This document shows, piece by piece, positions 63,899-64,000 of a stretch of DNA of 64,000 bases. The DNA comes from a virus. Both the position numbers and the translations under genes were made by a program. Every line of letters begins with the position of its first letter. The stretch's first letter is position 1. Location: positions 40,108 through 104,107 of IMG/VR virus record IMGVR_UViG_3300005471_000011; one strand, 5' to 3'. The notes beneath the pieces are model-generated. The model did no database searches, was not told where the DNA came from, and was given only the letters and a program-made list of their open reading frames with translations.

Positions 63899-64000
63899 GC
63901 GGGAAACAGTGTTGCGGGGAGTGCCGCTTGTGGAACTATACGTCCGGCGACGGAGGATTCCGCTGGGGCGACTGCGTTGCTCCAGTTCCAGATTCTGTGT

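Noticed and set aside
1-64000. Alternative genetic code
   Set aside because: Core genes are full length in code 11, and all three stop codons terminate tightly coupled genes.

Overview
The whole window reads as about 64 kb of a tailed (HK97-fold, probably siphovirus-like) phage or prophage genome, almost all on the + strand. A Planctomycetota host is likely, based on an LExR-type export signal, a planctomycete-type HTH protein and DnaB features. Gene order: prohead protease fused to an AAA+ ATPase, major capsid protein, head-tail and tail genes (a G/GT-type -1 frameshift, a short tape measure protein, five poly-serine structural proteins), a large glycosyltransferase/methyltransferase cluster (28-52 kb), an initiator tRNA, a replication module (HTH initiator with iterons, DnaB) and nuclease/Dam-like genes. 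No terminase, portal or integrase lies in the window. A 4,005-bp IS-like element (terminal inverted repeats, 10-bp target duplication) carrying a single-chain restriction-modification gene interrupts one phage gene. The most striking feature is at 44.5-47.9 kb: a promoter-driven Cas7/RAMP-like gene, a small accessory gene and two roughly 0.9-1 kb non-coding arrays. The arrays consist of GGCA anchors separating runs of 5-nt units (a conserved G-D-Y-like triplet plus a variable dinucleotide). This is a candidate phage RNA-guided system that is not a canonical CRISPR. Several small lesions (two micro-inversions, two in-frame deletions, one frameshift) may be prophage decay or assembly artefacts. 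Protein family calls come from motif recognition by eye, not database searches.
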